A stretch of 64,000 nt of DNA from an uncultured Acidobacteriota bacterium (GCA_963729285.1 CAVSNL010000031.1:12475-76474); one strand, 5' to 3'; shown: positions 52,353-63,733, numbered from the stretch's first letter. Notes: a model not told the origin generated them from the sequence alone. Program-made: numbers and translations.

Positions 52353-52572
52353 GAATCAGCCATGCTGTTCGCCATGCTTGTCGGCGGCAAGCGTTCTCCG
52401 CGCCTCGCCTACGCTAACAGATTACCAAGTTTCGCTTTTCTTTACTTCGTTACCTCATTGCGTCCTTACTTCTTTCAGCGCCCATGCCTATGGGTGGCTC
52501 TTTCCTCCAGAAAGCGCGCTATAATTCCTTGGCAATCCCCCTGATCTCCGGATTGCCGTTCGGAGGCGCGCC

Positions 52573-53169
52573 ATGCAGAAGCAATTGACCACGGAGCAAC
52601 TGACCATCGCCGATTGGGTGAAGGGTCTCGCCGCCATCCCCGAGCCTGAATTCACGCTGCAAAACGTGCAGGACTACATCCTCGCTCACGCTGGTCCGCC
52701 CGAAACGCTCGACAAATATCTCTTTTTCTCGAAGGGCAACTACACCCGCAATCTCATTTTCAAGAACGAGGTCTTCGAGTGCATGACCATCTGCTGGGAG
52801 ATCGGCCAGGCCAGCCGCATTCACAATCATCGCGACCAGAATTGCTGGATGTCCGCGCCCATTGGCCGCCTGCGCGTCCAGAATTTCCGCGTCAACGAGC
52901 GCGACGCGGCGCTGGGCACGTGTCACATTCTGCCGACCGACATCTACGACATGGACGCCGCGCATCCGGCCTACGTCAACCCGCTGGAGCCCGTGCATCA
53001 GGTGCTTAATCTTCCGGAGTTCAAGCAGCGCGCCGTTAGCATCCACGTCTATTCCAAACCGTTCGAGATTTGCGAAGTTTACCAGCGCGAAAAAGGCACC
53101 TACGCCGACGTTCCGCTGCATTACACCAGCGAATTCGGCAAATTGAATCCGGACGAGAAACTGATTTAA
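52573..53169 (+). CDS. Cysteine dioxygenase type I family protein
   Basis: YTRNLI, CWEIGQAS-IHNH, VHQV and SIHVYS. Confidence 0.88.
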   Translation: MQKQLTTEQLTIADWVKGLAAIPEPEFTLQNVQDYILAHAGPPETLDKYLFFSKGNYTRNLIFKNEVFECMTICWEIGQASRIHNHRDQNCWMSAPIGRLRVQNFRVNERDAALGTCHILPTDIYDMDAAHPAYVNPLEPVHQVLNLPEFKQRAVSIHVYSKPFEICEVYQREKGTYADVPLHYTSEFGKLNPDEKLI

Positions 53170-53263
53170 GCTCGCGCGCGACTGTAAATCTCTGTCTCCC
53201 AAGCAGTTAGATTACTTTTCACTTCTATTTCTCCTTTCACCCAGCCTGTGTCACAATTCTAAG

Positions 53264-54540
53264 ATGGCGACCGAAGCGCGCGACATCCAGAAACGCGTAC
53301 TGCCCAATGGTCTCGTGGTGCTGACCGAGACGATGTCGCACGTGCGCTCGGTTTCCGTTGGCGTGTGGATTCGCAATGGCTCGCGGCGGGAAGTGCAGGA
53401 AGAGAACGGCCTCGCGCACTTCATGGAGCACATGGTTTTCAAGGGCACCGAGCGGCGCTCCGCGGAAGCGATTGCGCGCGAGATGGATTCGGTCGGCGGG
53501 ATGCTCGACGCCTTCACCTCGAAAGAACAAATCTGCTTCAACGCCAAAGTGCTCGACGAACACCTGCCCATTGCTTTCGACGTCATCGCCGATCTCGTCC
53601 TGCGCCCGAAATTCGATTCCGAGGACGTCAAGAAAGAGCGCCAGGTGGTTCTCGAAGAGATCAAGATGGACCTGGACAATCCGGAATATCTGCTGCACGA
53701 GATCTTTACGCGCGGGTTCTGGCCGGAGCATCCGCTGGGCCGGCCGATTCTGGGGACGCCGGAAACGGTGAAGAAATTCAATCGGGATGCGTTGCGCCAG
53801 CGCTTTCAACATTGGTTCGCGCCGGACCGCCTGGTGCTTTCGGCGGCCGGGAATGTGAAACACGAGCAGGTGCTGGAATTGGTCGAACGCGAATTCGGCA
53901 GCCTGAGTCCGTCCGGCGATCCGGAGGCACACGACGCGCCATCGACGCACGCGCCCATCCACATCGAATCCAAGCGCGAGCTGGAACAGGTGCACGTGTG
54001 CATCGGCGTGCCGTCGGTGCCGCTGGCGGACGAGCGGCGGTTCGCGGTCGCGGTGATGAACAATCTACTGGGCGGCGGGATGTCTTCGCGCCTGTTCCAG
54101 AATATTCGCGAAAAACAGGGATTGGCCTACGCGGTTTTCAGCGAGCTTACCCCGTACTCCGACGCGGGCATGATGACCGTCTACGCCGGCACCGCGAAAG
54201 AGACCGTCGGCCAGGTGATCGACCTGGTGATCCAGGAATTTCGCGAGCTGAAAGACGCGCTGGTCACCGAAGAAGAATTGCTGCGCGCCAAGAATCACCT
54301 CAAGGGCTCGCTGATGCTTTCGCTGGAGTCCACCAGCGCGCGCATGTCCAATCTCGCGCGCCAGGAACTCTACTTCCGCCGCTTCTATTCGCTCGACGAA
54401 ATCCTCGCCGGCATCGAAACCGTGACCCGCGAAGAGATCCAGTCGATCGCCCGCGAATTCTTTCGTCCGAGCAAATCGCCGTAACTGCTCTTGGCCCCCT
54501 CAACGGCTTCACCCTCGACCGCTCCCGCTTGGCCTGCTAG
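53264..54540 (+). CDS. M16 zinc peptidase (pitrilysin family), frameshift near the C-terminus
   Basis: HFMEH, AFTSKE and GGGMSSRLFQNIRE. Confidence 0.93.
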
Positions 54541-54688
54541 CTTCTGGCGAAACCATTCAGGTCGAAATTTACGACAACTTTTCATCTTCTGCATTGACGC
54601 TCCGTTGCCGCTCTGCGATGATGCATGAAATTCGGTGCAGCATTGTGCTGCGCTGAGCTTGCTTCACACTGAGGGGGAAGCGATCGGC

Positions 54689-55510
54689 TTGCGGGTTACC
54701 ATTCTGGCGTCCGGCAGCTCGGGCAACATCACCCTACTCGAGACAGAGCATACCCGCCTCCTCATTGACGCCGGACTCGGCAAACGCGAAACGCTGGCGC
54801 GGCTCGCCGCCATCGAAAAAGACGTCGAGCACCTCGACGGCATCCTGATCACCCACGAACACAGCGATCATTGCAACGGCCTGCCGCAAATGCTGGGCAT
54901 GTGGAAGGCGCCGCTGTATGTCACCGAGCAAACCATGGACGCGCTGCATCGCGCTCTGCCCGACCGGCTTGGCAAACGCTTGCGCGGCGTCGAGACCATT
55001 CACACAGGGCAGCGCTTTTGCGTCGGCGATATTGAAGTGCATGCGTTCGCGATTCCTCACGATGCGGCCGATCCTATCGGCTTTACGTTTCGCACCGCCG
55101 GCGTAAAGATGGCGCTGGTGACGGATCTGGGTTACATGCCGGAGCTGGTCAAGGTGCATTTGCGCGATGCCGATTGCCTGATGCTGGAATCGAATCACGA
55201 TCTCGACATGCTCAAGGTCGGCCCGTATCCGTGGGTCGTGAAGCAGCGCGTGCTCAGCCGCACCGGGCATCTTTCGAATCACGCGGTCAGCGAATATCTC
55301 GCCGATCCCGACGGCTTCGACGCGCGGGCTCGCTACCTGGTCCTTGCGCACTCTCACTGGAGAATAACAATCCCGACGTGGCGCGGATTTCGGCGGAAGA
55401 AGCGTTGCGCCGCCGTCCCGCCGAATGCGCCTTCGCGCGGTGAACTCCTCGTCGCCACGCAGGCGTACGCCTATGAAGACCGCTTGAGCTGTAAACGACA
55501 AAAGATTTAA
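54689..55510 (+). CDS. MBL-fold metallo-hydrolase (YycJ/WalJ-like), C-terminal frameshift
   Basis: LASGSSGN, IDAG, THEHSDH, PHDA, TDLG, ESNHD and GHLSN. Confidence 0.9.
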   Translation: MRVTILASGSSGNITLLETEHTRLLIDAGLGKRETLARLAAIEKDVEHLDGILITHEHSDHCNGLPQMLGMWKAPLYVTEQTMDALHRALPDRLGKRLRGVETIHTGQRFCVGDIEVHAFAIPHDAADPIGFTFRTAGVKMALVTDLGYMPELVKVHLRDADCLMLESNHDLDMLKVGPYPWVVKQRVLSRTGHLSNHAVSEYLADPDGFDARARYLVLAHSHWRITIPTWRGFRRKKRCAAVPPNAPSRGELLVATQAYAYEDRLSCKRQKI

Positions 55511-55652
55511 CACAGAGGACACGGAGTTCGGAGCACAGAGATCACGGAGAATCCTCCGCCCGTTGAGATGTCTGCGTGACCTCTGTGCTCCAGCCTTTGT
55601 GACCTCTGTGTTGAATCCTGCCTTTGAAGCTGCGTTAGCCAAGAAAACTCCG

Positions 55653-55680
55653 TTGACACCGCGCCCGGTGTCCCTAGACT
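55653..55680 (+). promoter_or_regulatory. Sigma70 promoter of the dap operon
   Basis: TTGACA-N16-TAGACT immediately before the riboswitch. Confidence 0.7.
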
Positions 55681-55688
55681 CGAATTGT

Positions 55689-55882
55689 TCTTGGTAGAGG
55701 TGCGGAGGCCATGAGTAGCTGGGCTAGTTTTTCCGAGCAGCTTCGGATGCCTGAGCGAAAGGGGCGTTGTTCTCTCCGCCGAAATCGTTGCGGTAGCTGA
55801 AACCGCGGCGGTTGGGGGTCAGGGCTAAGGCCTGACCACTGTCATCCAGTTGTTGTAGTTCGTGGATGAAGCGCTATCGAGA
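55689..55882 (+). ncRNA. Lysine riboswitch (L-box)
   Basis: AGAGGTGCG, ATGAGTA, GAAAGG, GCCGAA, TTGGG, ACTGTCA and GAAGCGCTA in canonical order. P1 TCTTGGTAG/CTATCGAGA. Lies upstream of the dap genes. Confidence 0.92.
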
Positions 55883-55968
55883 GGCAGCAGCCCGAGTTTT
55901 TCCCTCGCGGTTCCTTCCTTTCTTTTCGCTTCCTCCTAAAAATTTGACGGTCAGAAAATTCGGTGGAA

Positions 55969-57005
55969 ATGAATCTTTTCGAACTCACGCGCGCGCTCGT
56001 GGACATCGAGTCGGTGACCAACAACGAGAAGCAGGTTGGCGACTTCCTGTTCACGCACCTGTCCGCGCTGGCTTCGCGCCACGAGGTCGCATCGAGCGTA
56101 TTCCCGTGGCGCCGCAGCGCGACAATATTTTCGTCCGCTGGGGCGACCCGATCGTGACGCTGTCCACGCACATGGACACCGTGCCGCCATTTTTCGCCTC
56201 CAGCGAAGATGCGGAGTTCTTGTGGGGCCGTGGGTCCTGCGACGCCAAGGGCATCATCGCCGCCATGGTCGCGTCCGCCGAAAAATTGCTCGCCGCGGGC
56301 ACGCGAAATTTCGCATTGCTGTTCCTCGTCGGCGAAGAGCGCAATTCCGCGGGCGCGAAAGCTGCCGCCGCTGACCCGCGCGGGTCGCGCTTCCTGATCA
56401 ACGGCGAGCCCACGGACAATCGCATCGCGCTCGGCTCGAAAGGAGCGTTGCGCTTCGAGGTCATTGCGCGCGGCAAGCTGGCGCACTCCGCTTATCCCGA
56501 ACTCGGCCACTCCGCGATTCACACCCTTCTCGATGTGCTGCAGGACATTCGGCAAATTCCGTTGCCGCAGGACGCCATGCTCGGTCCCAGCACCCTGAAC
56601 GTCGGCACGATTTCCGGCGGCCGCGCGCCTAATGTCGTTGCGGACGAGGCGCATGCCGAGATCATGTTCCGCACCGTCGGCGATCCCGCGCAGCTTCGCG
56701 AGGCGGTCGCCGCCGTTGCCGCGGGCCGCGCGGAAGCGCGCGAAGTCTTGCATACTCCCGCGATTCGGTTGACGGGCTTCGACGGCTTGCCAACTACCGC
56801 CGTGGCCTTCACGACCGACATTCCGGCGTTGGGTGAAGCGTGGGGCAAGCCCTTTCTCATCGGACCGGGCAGCATTCACGTGGCGCACACCGCGGAAGAG
56901 CGAATCTCGAAAAAAGAATTGCTGGAGGCGGTGGAGATTTACGCGCGGATGGTGACGCAGCTTCTATCGGAGGAGCGGGTGGCGGAAGGGCAGGGGCGGG
57001 CATGA
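55969..57005 (+). CDS. M20 amidohydrolase, probable DapE/ArgE-type deacylase, frameshift near 56080
   Basis: STHMDTV, GRGSCDAKG, GEE, GEPT, AHSAYPE and GPGSIHVAHT. Leads the dap operon. Confidence 0.85.
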
Positions 57006-57742
57006 CGCTGGGGCTTGCGATCGTGGGGTACGGAAAGATGGGGCGCTGATCGAGCAGCTTGGCGCCCGAATACGGTTTCGACGTGCGCGCGAAATTCGAT
57101 AGCAAGAACAATGCGGGCGGCGGCGGGTTGACGCGCGGAGCCTTGCAGGGCGTGGATGTCGCGGTGGAATTCTCCACGCCGCACGTCGCCGCGGGAAACA
57201 TTCGGCGGCTGGCCGCCGCCGGAGTAAACGCGGCAGTCGGCACGACCGGTTGGCTGGAACATCTTCCGGCGGTGCGCGAGGCGGTTACGCAAAGTGGTAC
57301 CGGGGTGGTGTGGGCTCCTAATTTTTCCGTCGGCGTGAGTCTTTTCATCCAGGCGGTGGCTTACACCGCGGCGCTCTTCGCCTCGCAGCAGGAGTACGCC
57401 GCGTGGGGCTGGGAAATACATCACTCGGCAAAAAAGGATGCGCCGTCGGGCACCCTGCGCAAGTTGGCGGAAGAGATGCGCGCCGGAGGGTATGCGCGTG
57501 CGATTGAGTTGAGCTCCAATCGAGCGGGCGCGCATCCCGGGACGCACGAGATTGGGTTTGATTCGTTGGCCGACACGATCACGTTGCGGCATACGGCTCG
57601 CAGCCGCGACGGATTTGCGCGGGGCGCGTTGCAAGCGGCGCGGTGGGTAGCGGGGAAGAAAGGCTTGTTTGAGTTTCGCGAAATTCTTGCGGAGTTGGGT
57701 GAGGGGCTAAAGAGTGAGAGGCGAGCGACGATGTCGTTATGA
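57002..57742 (+). CDS. dapB: 4-hydroxy-tetrahydrodipicolinate reductase, frameshift near 57047
   Basis: VGYGKMG, VGTTGW, APNFSVG and EIHHSAKKDAPSGT. Confidence 0.95.
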
Positions 57743-57806
57743 CTGTGACGGTGGTCATCTAAACCCCGCGGTCTCGGAGACCGCGGCTACAGGGAGGAGA
57801 AACAAA

Positions 57807-58708
57807 ATGTTTACAGGATGCGGTACGGCGATGGTTACACCCTTTCGCGGCGATGGTTCGCTCGACGAGCCCACGCTGCGAAATTTAATTTGCGGCAGAT
57901 CGACGCGGGGATCGATTTCCTGGTGCCTTGCGGAACGACCGGCGAGAGCCCAACGCTCACGCACGAAGAGCATTTGCGCGTCGTCGAAATCACCGTGGAG
58001 CTGGCAAAGGGAAGGGTGCCGGTGCTGGCCGGCGCGGGCGGCTACAACACCGCCGAAGTGATTGCGCTGGCGCGCGAACTTGCCGCGATCGGTGCTGACG
58101 GCATTCTTTCCGTGACGCCGTACTACAACAAGCCGACGCAGGAAGGCTTGTATCAACACTATCGCGCGATCGCGAACGCCGTGTCGCTGCCGATCATTTT
58201 GTACAGCGTGCAAGGACGCACGGGCGTAAACATCGAGCCCGCCACGGTGAGGCGTCTCGCGGGAATCGAGAACATCATCGGCATCAAGGAAGCCTCTGGC
58301 AGCATCGGGCAGATGGCGGCGATTCTGAATATCGTTCCGGACGAATTCATCGTGCTTTCCGGCGATGACGCCATCACGCTGCCGCTGATCGCGCTTGGGG
58401 GGCGCGGGGTCATTTCCGTGGTGTCCAATGAGATTCCAGCGGAGATGACGCAGCTCGTACGCCTCGCCATGCAGGGGAACATCTCCGGCGCTCGCGAGAT
58501 TCACCGGCGATTCCATTCGTTGATGGAGGTCAATTTCGTGGAGTCGAATCCGATTCCGGTGAAGGCGGCGATGGCGGAAATGGGCTTGCTCGGACCTTGC
58601 TGGCGGCTGCCGCTGGTGGCGCCGAAGGCGGAAAATCTGGCGCGCGTGCGCGACGTGCTCGCTTCTCTGGGACTTGCCGAGAGAGTGCATGCTGCCGTCG
58701 CAAATTGA
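57807..58708 (+). CDS. dapA: 4-hydroxy-tetrahydrodipicolinate synthase, frameshift near 57890
   Basis: AMVTPF, GTTGESPTL, PYYNKP, GIKEASG, SGDD and ESNPIPVK. Confidence 0.95.
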
Positions 58709-59569
58709 GCGGCTGTTTGACGAGCCGCCGGCGCAATACAGCGAAGAACATTTCCGGCTGTTTGGCGAGTTCAAGGACGCGCTGAATCGCGGCGAGGTGC
58801 GCGCGGCCGAGCCTGATCCGGCGGCAAAAACGGGGTGGCGCGTAAACGGCTGGGTGAAGAAGGGGATTTTGCTCGGCTTTCGCATGGGCTCCATCGTGGA
58901 CATGTCCGTCGATCGGTCGGCAGGCGAATCGGCGGGTGGCGCCGTGACCGGCGCGGCGCAACAGCGCTTCATCGACAAATCCACGTACCCGTTGCGCGCG
59001 ATCGGGCATTGCTGACGGCGTTCGCATCGTGCCGGGTGGTTCGAGCATTCGCGACGGGAGCTTCATCGGCCGCGGCGTCGTGTGCATGCCGCCAATGTTC
59101 GTCAACGTCGGCGCGTACGTCGGCGAAGGCACGATGATCGATTCGCACGCGCTGGTCGGGAGCTGCGCGCAGATCGGGCGCAACTGCCACATTTCGGCGG
59201 CGGTCGCAGATCGGGGGCGTGCTGGAACCGGTTGGCGCGCTGCCGGTGATTATCGAAGACGAGGTCCTGGTGGGCGGGAATTCGGGGGTGTACGAAGGCA
59301 CGGTCGTGAAGCGCCGTGCGGTTCTTGGCACCGGCACAATACTGAATCGGTCGATTCCGGTCTACGATCTGGTGAGAAAGGCAGTCTACAATGCGACGGA
59401 CGACGAGCCGCTGGTGATTCCCGAGGAGGCTATCGTCGTACCGGGCTCGCGCGCGGTGTCGCACGCGTTTGGCAAGATGCACGGATTGTCGCTGCAAGCC
59501 GCGGTGATCGTGAAATACCGCGATGCGAAGACCGATGCGCGCATCCAGCTCGAGGATTTGTTGCGCTAG
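58689..59569 (+). CDS. dapD: Tetrahydrodipicolinate N-succinyltransferase, two frameshifts
   Basis: [31 protein letters not shown] and GGVLEP...PVIIED. Confidence 0.93.
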
Positions 59570-59646
59570 ACGTGGCTCTGGAACTGGCCAAAGAAAGAAA
59601 AGCTAACGCAGAGACGCTGAGAGCGCCGAGGTGCGCGGAGGAACAT

Positions 59647-60796
59647 TCACTGCGACAGGACCTTCTCGAAAAACGCGAGCGCCCGCGGGTCCTTCGACTG
59701 GCCCAGCCAGAACATCGCTTGCTTGCGCACCGCGGGATTGCGATTGGTCTGCGCGACCTCGATCAGTTTCGGCACGCCTTCATCTTTCGGCATCTGGCTT
59801 AGCGCGAAGACCGCTTTCTTCTTTACTTCGGTGTCGGGATCGTTTTCGATGGCGCCGGTAATCGTCGCCGCCGCTTTCTTTCCGGCTTTTTGCGCCAGCC
59901 AGAACAGCGCTTGCCCGCGCACGTGACTGCTTTCGTCATCCTTGGCCATGCGAATCATTTCGTCCACGGCAGCAGGCTCGCGGCTTACGGAAAGCGCGAA
60001 GGTGACATGCGCGCGAACTTCCGTGCTGGGGTCGCTCTTGGCCATTTGTTGCAACGTCGCGAGCCCGGCCTTGCCGCGCGCTTCGCCGAGCCAGAATGCT
60101 GTTTGCTTGCGCAACTCTTCGCGTTCGGCCGGCCGCACGAAAGATTCGAGGGCGCGGTCGGCGGATTCGTCGGCATGGAGCGCGATCGCGGTAAGCGATT
60201 CGCGCCCGAGTTTCCTGTCGTCGCTATCGTTAAAGTTCTCGCTGCGCACATAGTTGGCGAGGAACGCGACGCTGTCCGCGGGCTTCACGCCGGTGAGCCA
60301 CACAAACGGGAGGCCGCCAGCGTCTACGGTGCATTCCGCGGAAACCAGGCGAATCTTCATGATTCTCTTGTTTTCCGCGCGAAATAAAATCGCGATGGCG
60401 CGGGGCGCTTCGAGATTCACGGAAGCGTCGCGCGAATTCATGTTGACGCCGTGGTCGCTGCTTTCCAGGCGGCACAGACCGCAATCCTGATTCCAATTTC
60501 CATTCGAGCCGGCGCAGCAGACTTCGCGATCGCCGGCGATTTGAGGAACGCTGTAGCCGATCCATCGAGGTTGCGCCGATTGTGCCTCGAAGGTTTTTAA
60601 TTCGGCTGCCAGCGACTCTGCCAGCGCCCGCGTCTCCAGGCGCGCATTTTGCACATTTGGAGTGTCGCTCGCCTGGGATGGTGGCGGTGCTGCGTTTGCG
60701 TTGCCCGCAGCCATCATCGCCAGGAGAGCCGCCAGTTAGGATCACCGCCATGCCGGTACGAAATGCGATCGATGCAGTGCTCATCGCGTTCCTCAC
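59647..60796 (-). CDS. Secreted HEAT-repeat protein, frameshift in the signal region
   Basis: Repeats [31 protein letters not shown] and [11 protein letters not shown]. Confidence 0.85.
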
Positions 60797-62241
60797 TTTT
60801 GCAGAATTTCCATCAGATAATCCGTGGCTTCCTTGTTGTGCATCAGCGCCAGCTTGGAAACCGCTTCCTTCTTGAGTTCCGGATCCTTTTCACCCCGCGC
60901 GATGCTCACGAGTCCAGATGCATTCCCCTGAATGAAATAGGCGTTCAGCACTTCTTTGCGCACATCGCGATCGGTTTCTTTGCTGTAAATCGATTGCAGC
61001 GCGTTCGCGGAGTCAGTCGAGTTGATTAGACCCAGATTGCGCACTGCCGCGCGCCGCAACTCAGGATCTTTCTCGCTTCGCGCCGCTTCGGCCAGCCGGT
61101 GCGAGTCTCCCGCCAGAAAAAACGCCTGCAGGATCTCGCGCTTCACTTCCGTTGAGCTTTCTTTCTGGTAGAGCTGCTGCAATTCGTCGACCCCGTGGAC
61201 TAAGCCCAACTGGCGGATGGCTTCGCGTCGCAGTGTCACATCCTTTTCGCTTTTCGCCGCCGCAAACAAATCCGCTTTGTCGCCGGAAATCATGTAGCTC
61301 TTCAGAATCGCGCGCTTTACGGATTCATCGCTGGTTTTCGCGTAGACGTCGGCCAGCGTCTTCCGCGACTCGCCGCCTCCGAACATTCCAAGATATTCCA
61401 CTGCTTTCCGCTGCAGTTCGGGATTACTCTGCCCGCTCGCGATGCGCCCCAGGATTTCTCGCGCTTGCGGCGAGCCACTTTGCGCAATGACAAACAGCGC
61501 TTTGGATTTCTCGCGCGGCGTGGCTGTGCCGTTCAGGACTTTTTCCAGCAGCGGCATGGCGCGTTCCGGATCGCTGTTCATCAGTCCCTGGATAGCAAGC
61601 ATTTTCAGGTCGTCGTCGCTTTGCGACTCCGGATGCGCCGGTTGGCCGGCTCGCTGCCGTACGTCGATCTCCAGGGCACTGGCGTCCTTCAGCCAGCGGC
61701 TTTGCGGAAAGCGGTGTTTCAGGTCCGCGATCGTCGCCAGCGCGGTATCGCGCTTGCCGAGACGATTCTCCGCATACGCTTTCCAATAGAGTGCGGCGTC
61801 GGTTTGCGGCCCGTTGAGAGCGGCAAGTTCCTCGAATTTCGATTCGGCCTTGTCGTAGCGGTCTTCGTCGAGAGCCTCGCGGCCATCGTCGTACAGTTCG
61901 GAGTTGCGCTCGATACGTTCCTGTTCGCGGTCGCGTTTCTCCTGCTCGCGATCCCGTTTCTCTTGTTCGCGATCGCGTGCTTCCTGTTCGCGATCTCGTT
62001 TTTCTTGATCTTGATCTTGTTTGTCGCCGCTACTCTGTTCTTGTTCATGCGCAGCCGCTTGTGCCGCGGTTGGGAAGCCTACGTCCGGCGCGTTTGCGTC
62101 CGTGCGTGCTCGTGCGGAAGCCGGCGCCAGCAGCAACGCTGCGAGCGCGAAGTACGTCGCGTTTCGGAAGATCGTGATCTTCGAGCGAACCGGCGAGGGT
62201 CGCCGCATCCATTCAATCTGCGCAATCTCAACAACGTTCAT
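60793..62241 (-). CDS. Secreted TPR plus HEAT-repeat protein with charged DREQE(K)R repeats
   Basis: Signal-like FALAALLLAPASARA, DAALYWKAY...FPQSRW and multiple HEAT repeats. Confidence 0.85.
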   Translation of the reverse strand: MNVVEIAQIEWMRRPSPVRSKITIFRNATYFALAALLLAPASARARTDANAPDVGFPTAAQAAAHEQEQSSGDKQDQDQEKRDREQEARDREQEKRDREQEKRDREQERIERNSELYDDGREALDEDRYDKAESKFEELAALNGPQTDAALYWKAYAENRLGKRDTALATIADLKHRFPQSRWLKDASALEIDVRQRAGQPAHPESQSDDDLKMLAIQGLMNSDPERAMPLLEKVLNGTATPREKSKALFVIAQSGSPQAREILGRIASGQSNPELQRKAVEYLGMFGGGESRKTLADVYAKTSDESVKRAILKSYMISGDKADLFAAAKSEKDVTLRREAIRQLGLVHGVDELQQLYQKESSTEVKREILQAFFLAGDSHRLAEAARSEKDPELRRAAVRNLGLINSTDSANALQSIYSKETDRDVRKEVLNAYFIQGNASGLVSIARGEKDPELKKEAVSKLALMHNKEATDYLMEILQK

Positions 62242-63062
62242 GTCTTGTTCCTCTCCTGCTTCGTCGATCCGTCTGGCTTCGTAACGGGTGCCGAGGTCTC
62301 CTCGCGCTGCTGCAATTCCTTGCCGACCACGCGCACCTTGAACAAAATTCCGCGCGTATCGATGCGCTGGCGAATGGTGTCCAGTTGCGCCGGGGTGACC
62401 TCTTGGGGGCTGTGAGCGACGTCGAGCAGCACGCGTTCGAGTTCATCCAGGATGTTGGCAAGCCCCGTATCGCCTTGTTCCAACGCCGTTTGTCGATACA
62501 AGCGGTTTTCTTCCAGCAAGTCTTCGGCGCGCCGCTGTTCGGCGGAAATGTTCACCTGTTTTTGCTTCGCGTCGAGCGGTTCGGCGTTCGCCAGGTCCAC
62601 GAGGACCATTTCCGAGCGGCCCAGGTGCTCGCCGACGGCCATGATCAAAACGCGCTCGCGCACATTGCCTGCGCTTACATCGGCCGCGGTCGGCTCCGGG
62701 GTGGCTCGCTTCGTCACACGCCCTGCCAGAAACGCAACGATGACCACCGCTGCGATTGCGCCCACCGCCGCCCAACGGCGCGGCGTAAACCAGCCAGCCG
62801 TCAGGCCGCGACCTGTGGCAAATTTCCACCAGGGCATTCGCCGCTCCGGAAGTCGTGGAGCGATTTGCCGCCAAACGCGCTCGCCATAGTCGTCGCCCGG
62901 ATCCGGAATCGGCATGCTACTCAGCGCCGCAAGAACCGCGTCGATGCGCTCGAGTTCCGCGCGACATTCCGGACAATCCGTCAAATGCTTCGCGATCGCG
63001 TCACGCCGTAAAACCTCGCCGCCGTGGTATGCGATCAACTCTTCCTCATTCGGGTGTTTCAT
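62238..63062 (-). CDS. Zinc-finger (HxxxCxxC) transmembrane anti-sigma factor
   Basis: MKHP...KHLTDCPECRAE, then a TM helix. Confidence 0.88.
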   Translation of the reverse strand: MKHPNEEELIAYHGGEVLRRDAIAKHLTDCPECRAELERIDAVLAALSSMPIPDPGDDYGERVWRQIAPRLPERRMPWWKFATGRGLTAGWFTPRRWAAVGAIAAVVIVAFLAGRVTKRATPEPTAADVSAGNVRERVLIMAVGEHLGRSEMVLVDLANAEPLDAKQKQVNISAEQRRAEDLLEENRLYRQTALEQGDTGLANILDELERVLLDVAHSPQEVTPAQLDTIRQRIDTRGILFKVRVVGKELQQREETSAPVTKPDGSTKQERNKT

Positions 63063-63707
63063 AGTTCTGTTCCCATGGCCTTCGCTTGCCCTCGGCGCTC
63101 CACGAAACGGTTCCAGCGAGCGCCGCAGTTTTTGCACGGACCGAAACACGGTGTTCTTCGCCGCGCTGGAACTCGACTTCAGCGCCTCGGCAATTTCTTC
63201 GATTCCCGAGCCGCCCCAGTGGCGCATCACAAAAGCCGTGCGTTCGGCCGGAGTCAACTCATTCAGCGCGCGCCGCATATGGACGGCCAACTGCTCGCTT
63301 TGCGCCAGGCGTTCCGGCGATGGCGCCGCATCCGGCACCAAGCTCGCTGGGTCTCGTTCGATTCCGTCCTCCGATGGTCTGCCTGCGGGTTCTCGCTGCG
63401 CGTCTTCGCTTTTGCGCTGGCGCATCCGGTCGATCGCATAGTTGGCCGCGATGCGATACACCCATGTTCCAAAATTGGCGCGCGCCGCAAACTGGCCGAG
63501 CTTCTGATACGCCCGCAAGAAAGCCTCCTGTACTACCTCTTCCGCGTCGTGCTGATTGCCGGTCATGCGATAGGCGAGGCGGAACACGTTACGGCTGTGG
63601 CGCTCGACCAAAATGCGGAAAGCGTCGCGATCGCCCGCGAGCGTTTGCTCGACGGCGATGGCATCACTGTCCCCAGTGGTCTCGACGCTCTGCCTCATCC
63701 GCTTCAT
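63059..63707 (-). CDS. ECF RNA polymerase sigma factor
   Basis: AFRILVERH, DAEEVVQEAFLRAY, FGTWVYRIAAN and LTPAERTAF...EIAEAL. Confidence 0.93.
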
Positions 63708-63733
63708 TAGACAGGTTTTCAGGCTTGCGGTTA
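63708..63733 (-). promoter_or_regulatory. Candidate autoregulatory ECF promoter
   Basis: Minus strand TAACC-N16-GTCTA directly before the sigma gene. Confidence 0.35.

Noticed and set aside
55969-59569. Programmed frameshifting or pseudogenisation of the dap operon
   Set aside because: No consistent slippery sites. Similar indels occur throughout the window.
61915-62020. Non-coding tandem repeat
   Set aside because: It encodes the DREQEKR low-complexity coil of the HEAT protein.
62238-63707. Natural ECF sigma-anti-sigma fusion (489-aa ORF)
   Set aside because: An ATGA stop/start overlap exists at 63059-63062 in the adjacent frame, so one indel near the sigma 3' end explains the fusion in this error-prone sequence.
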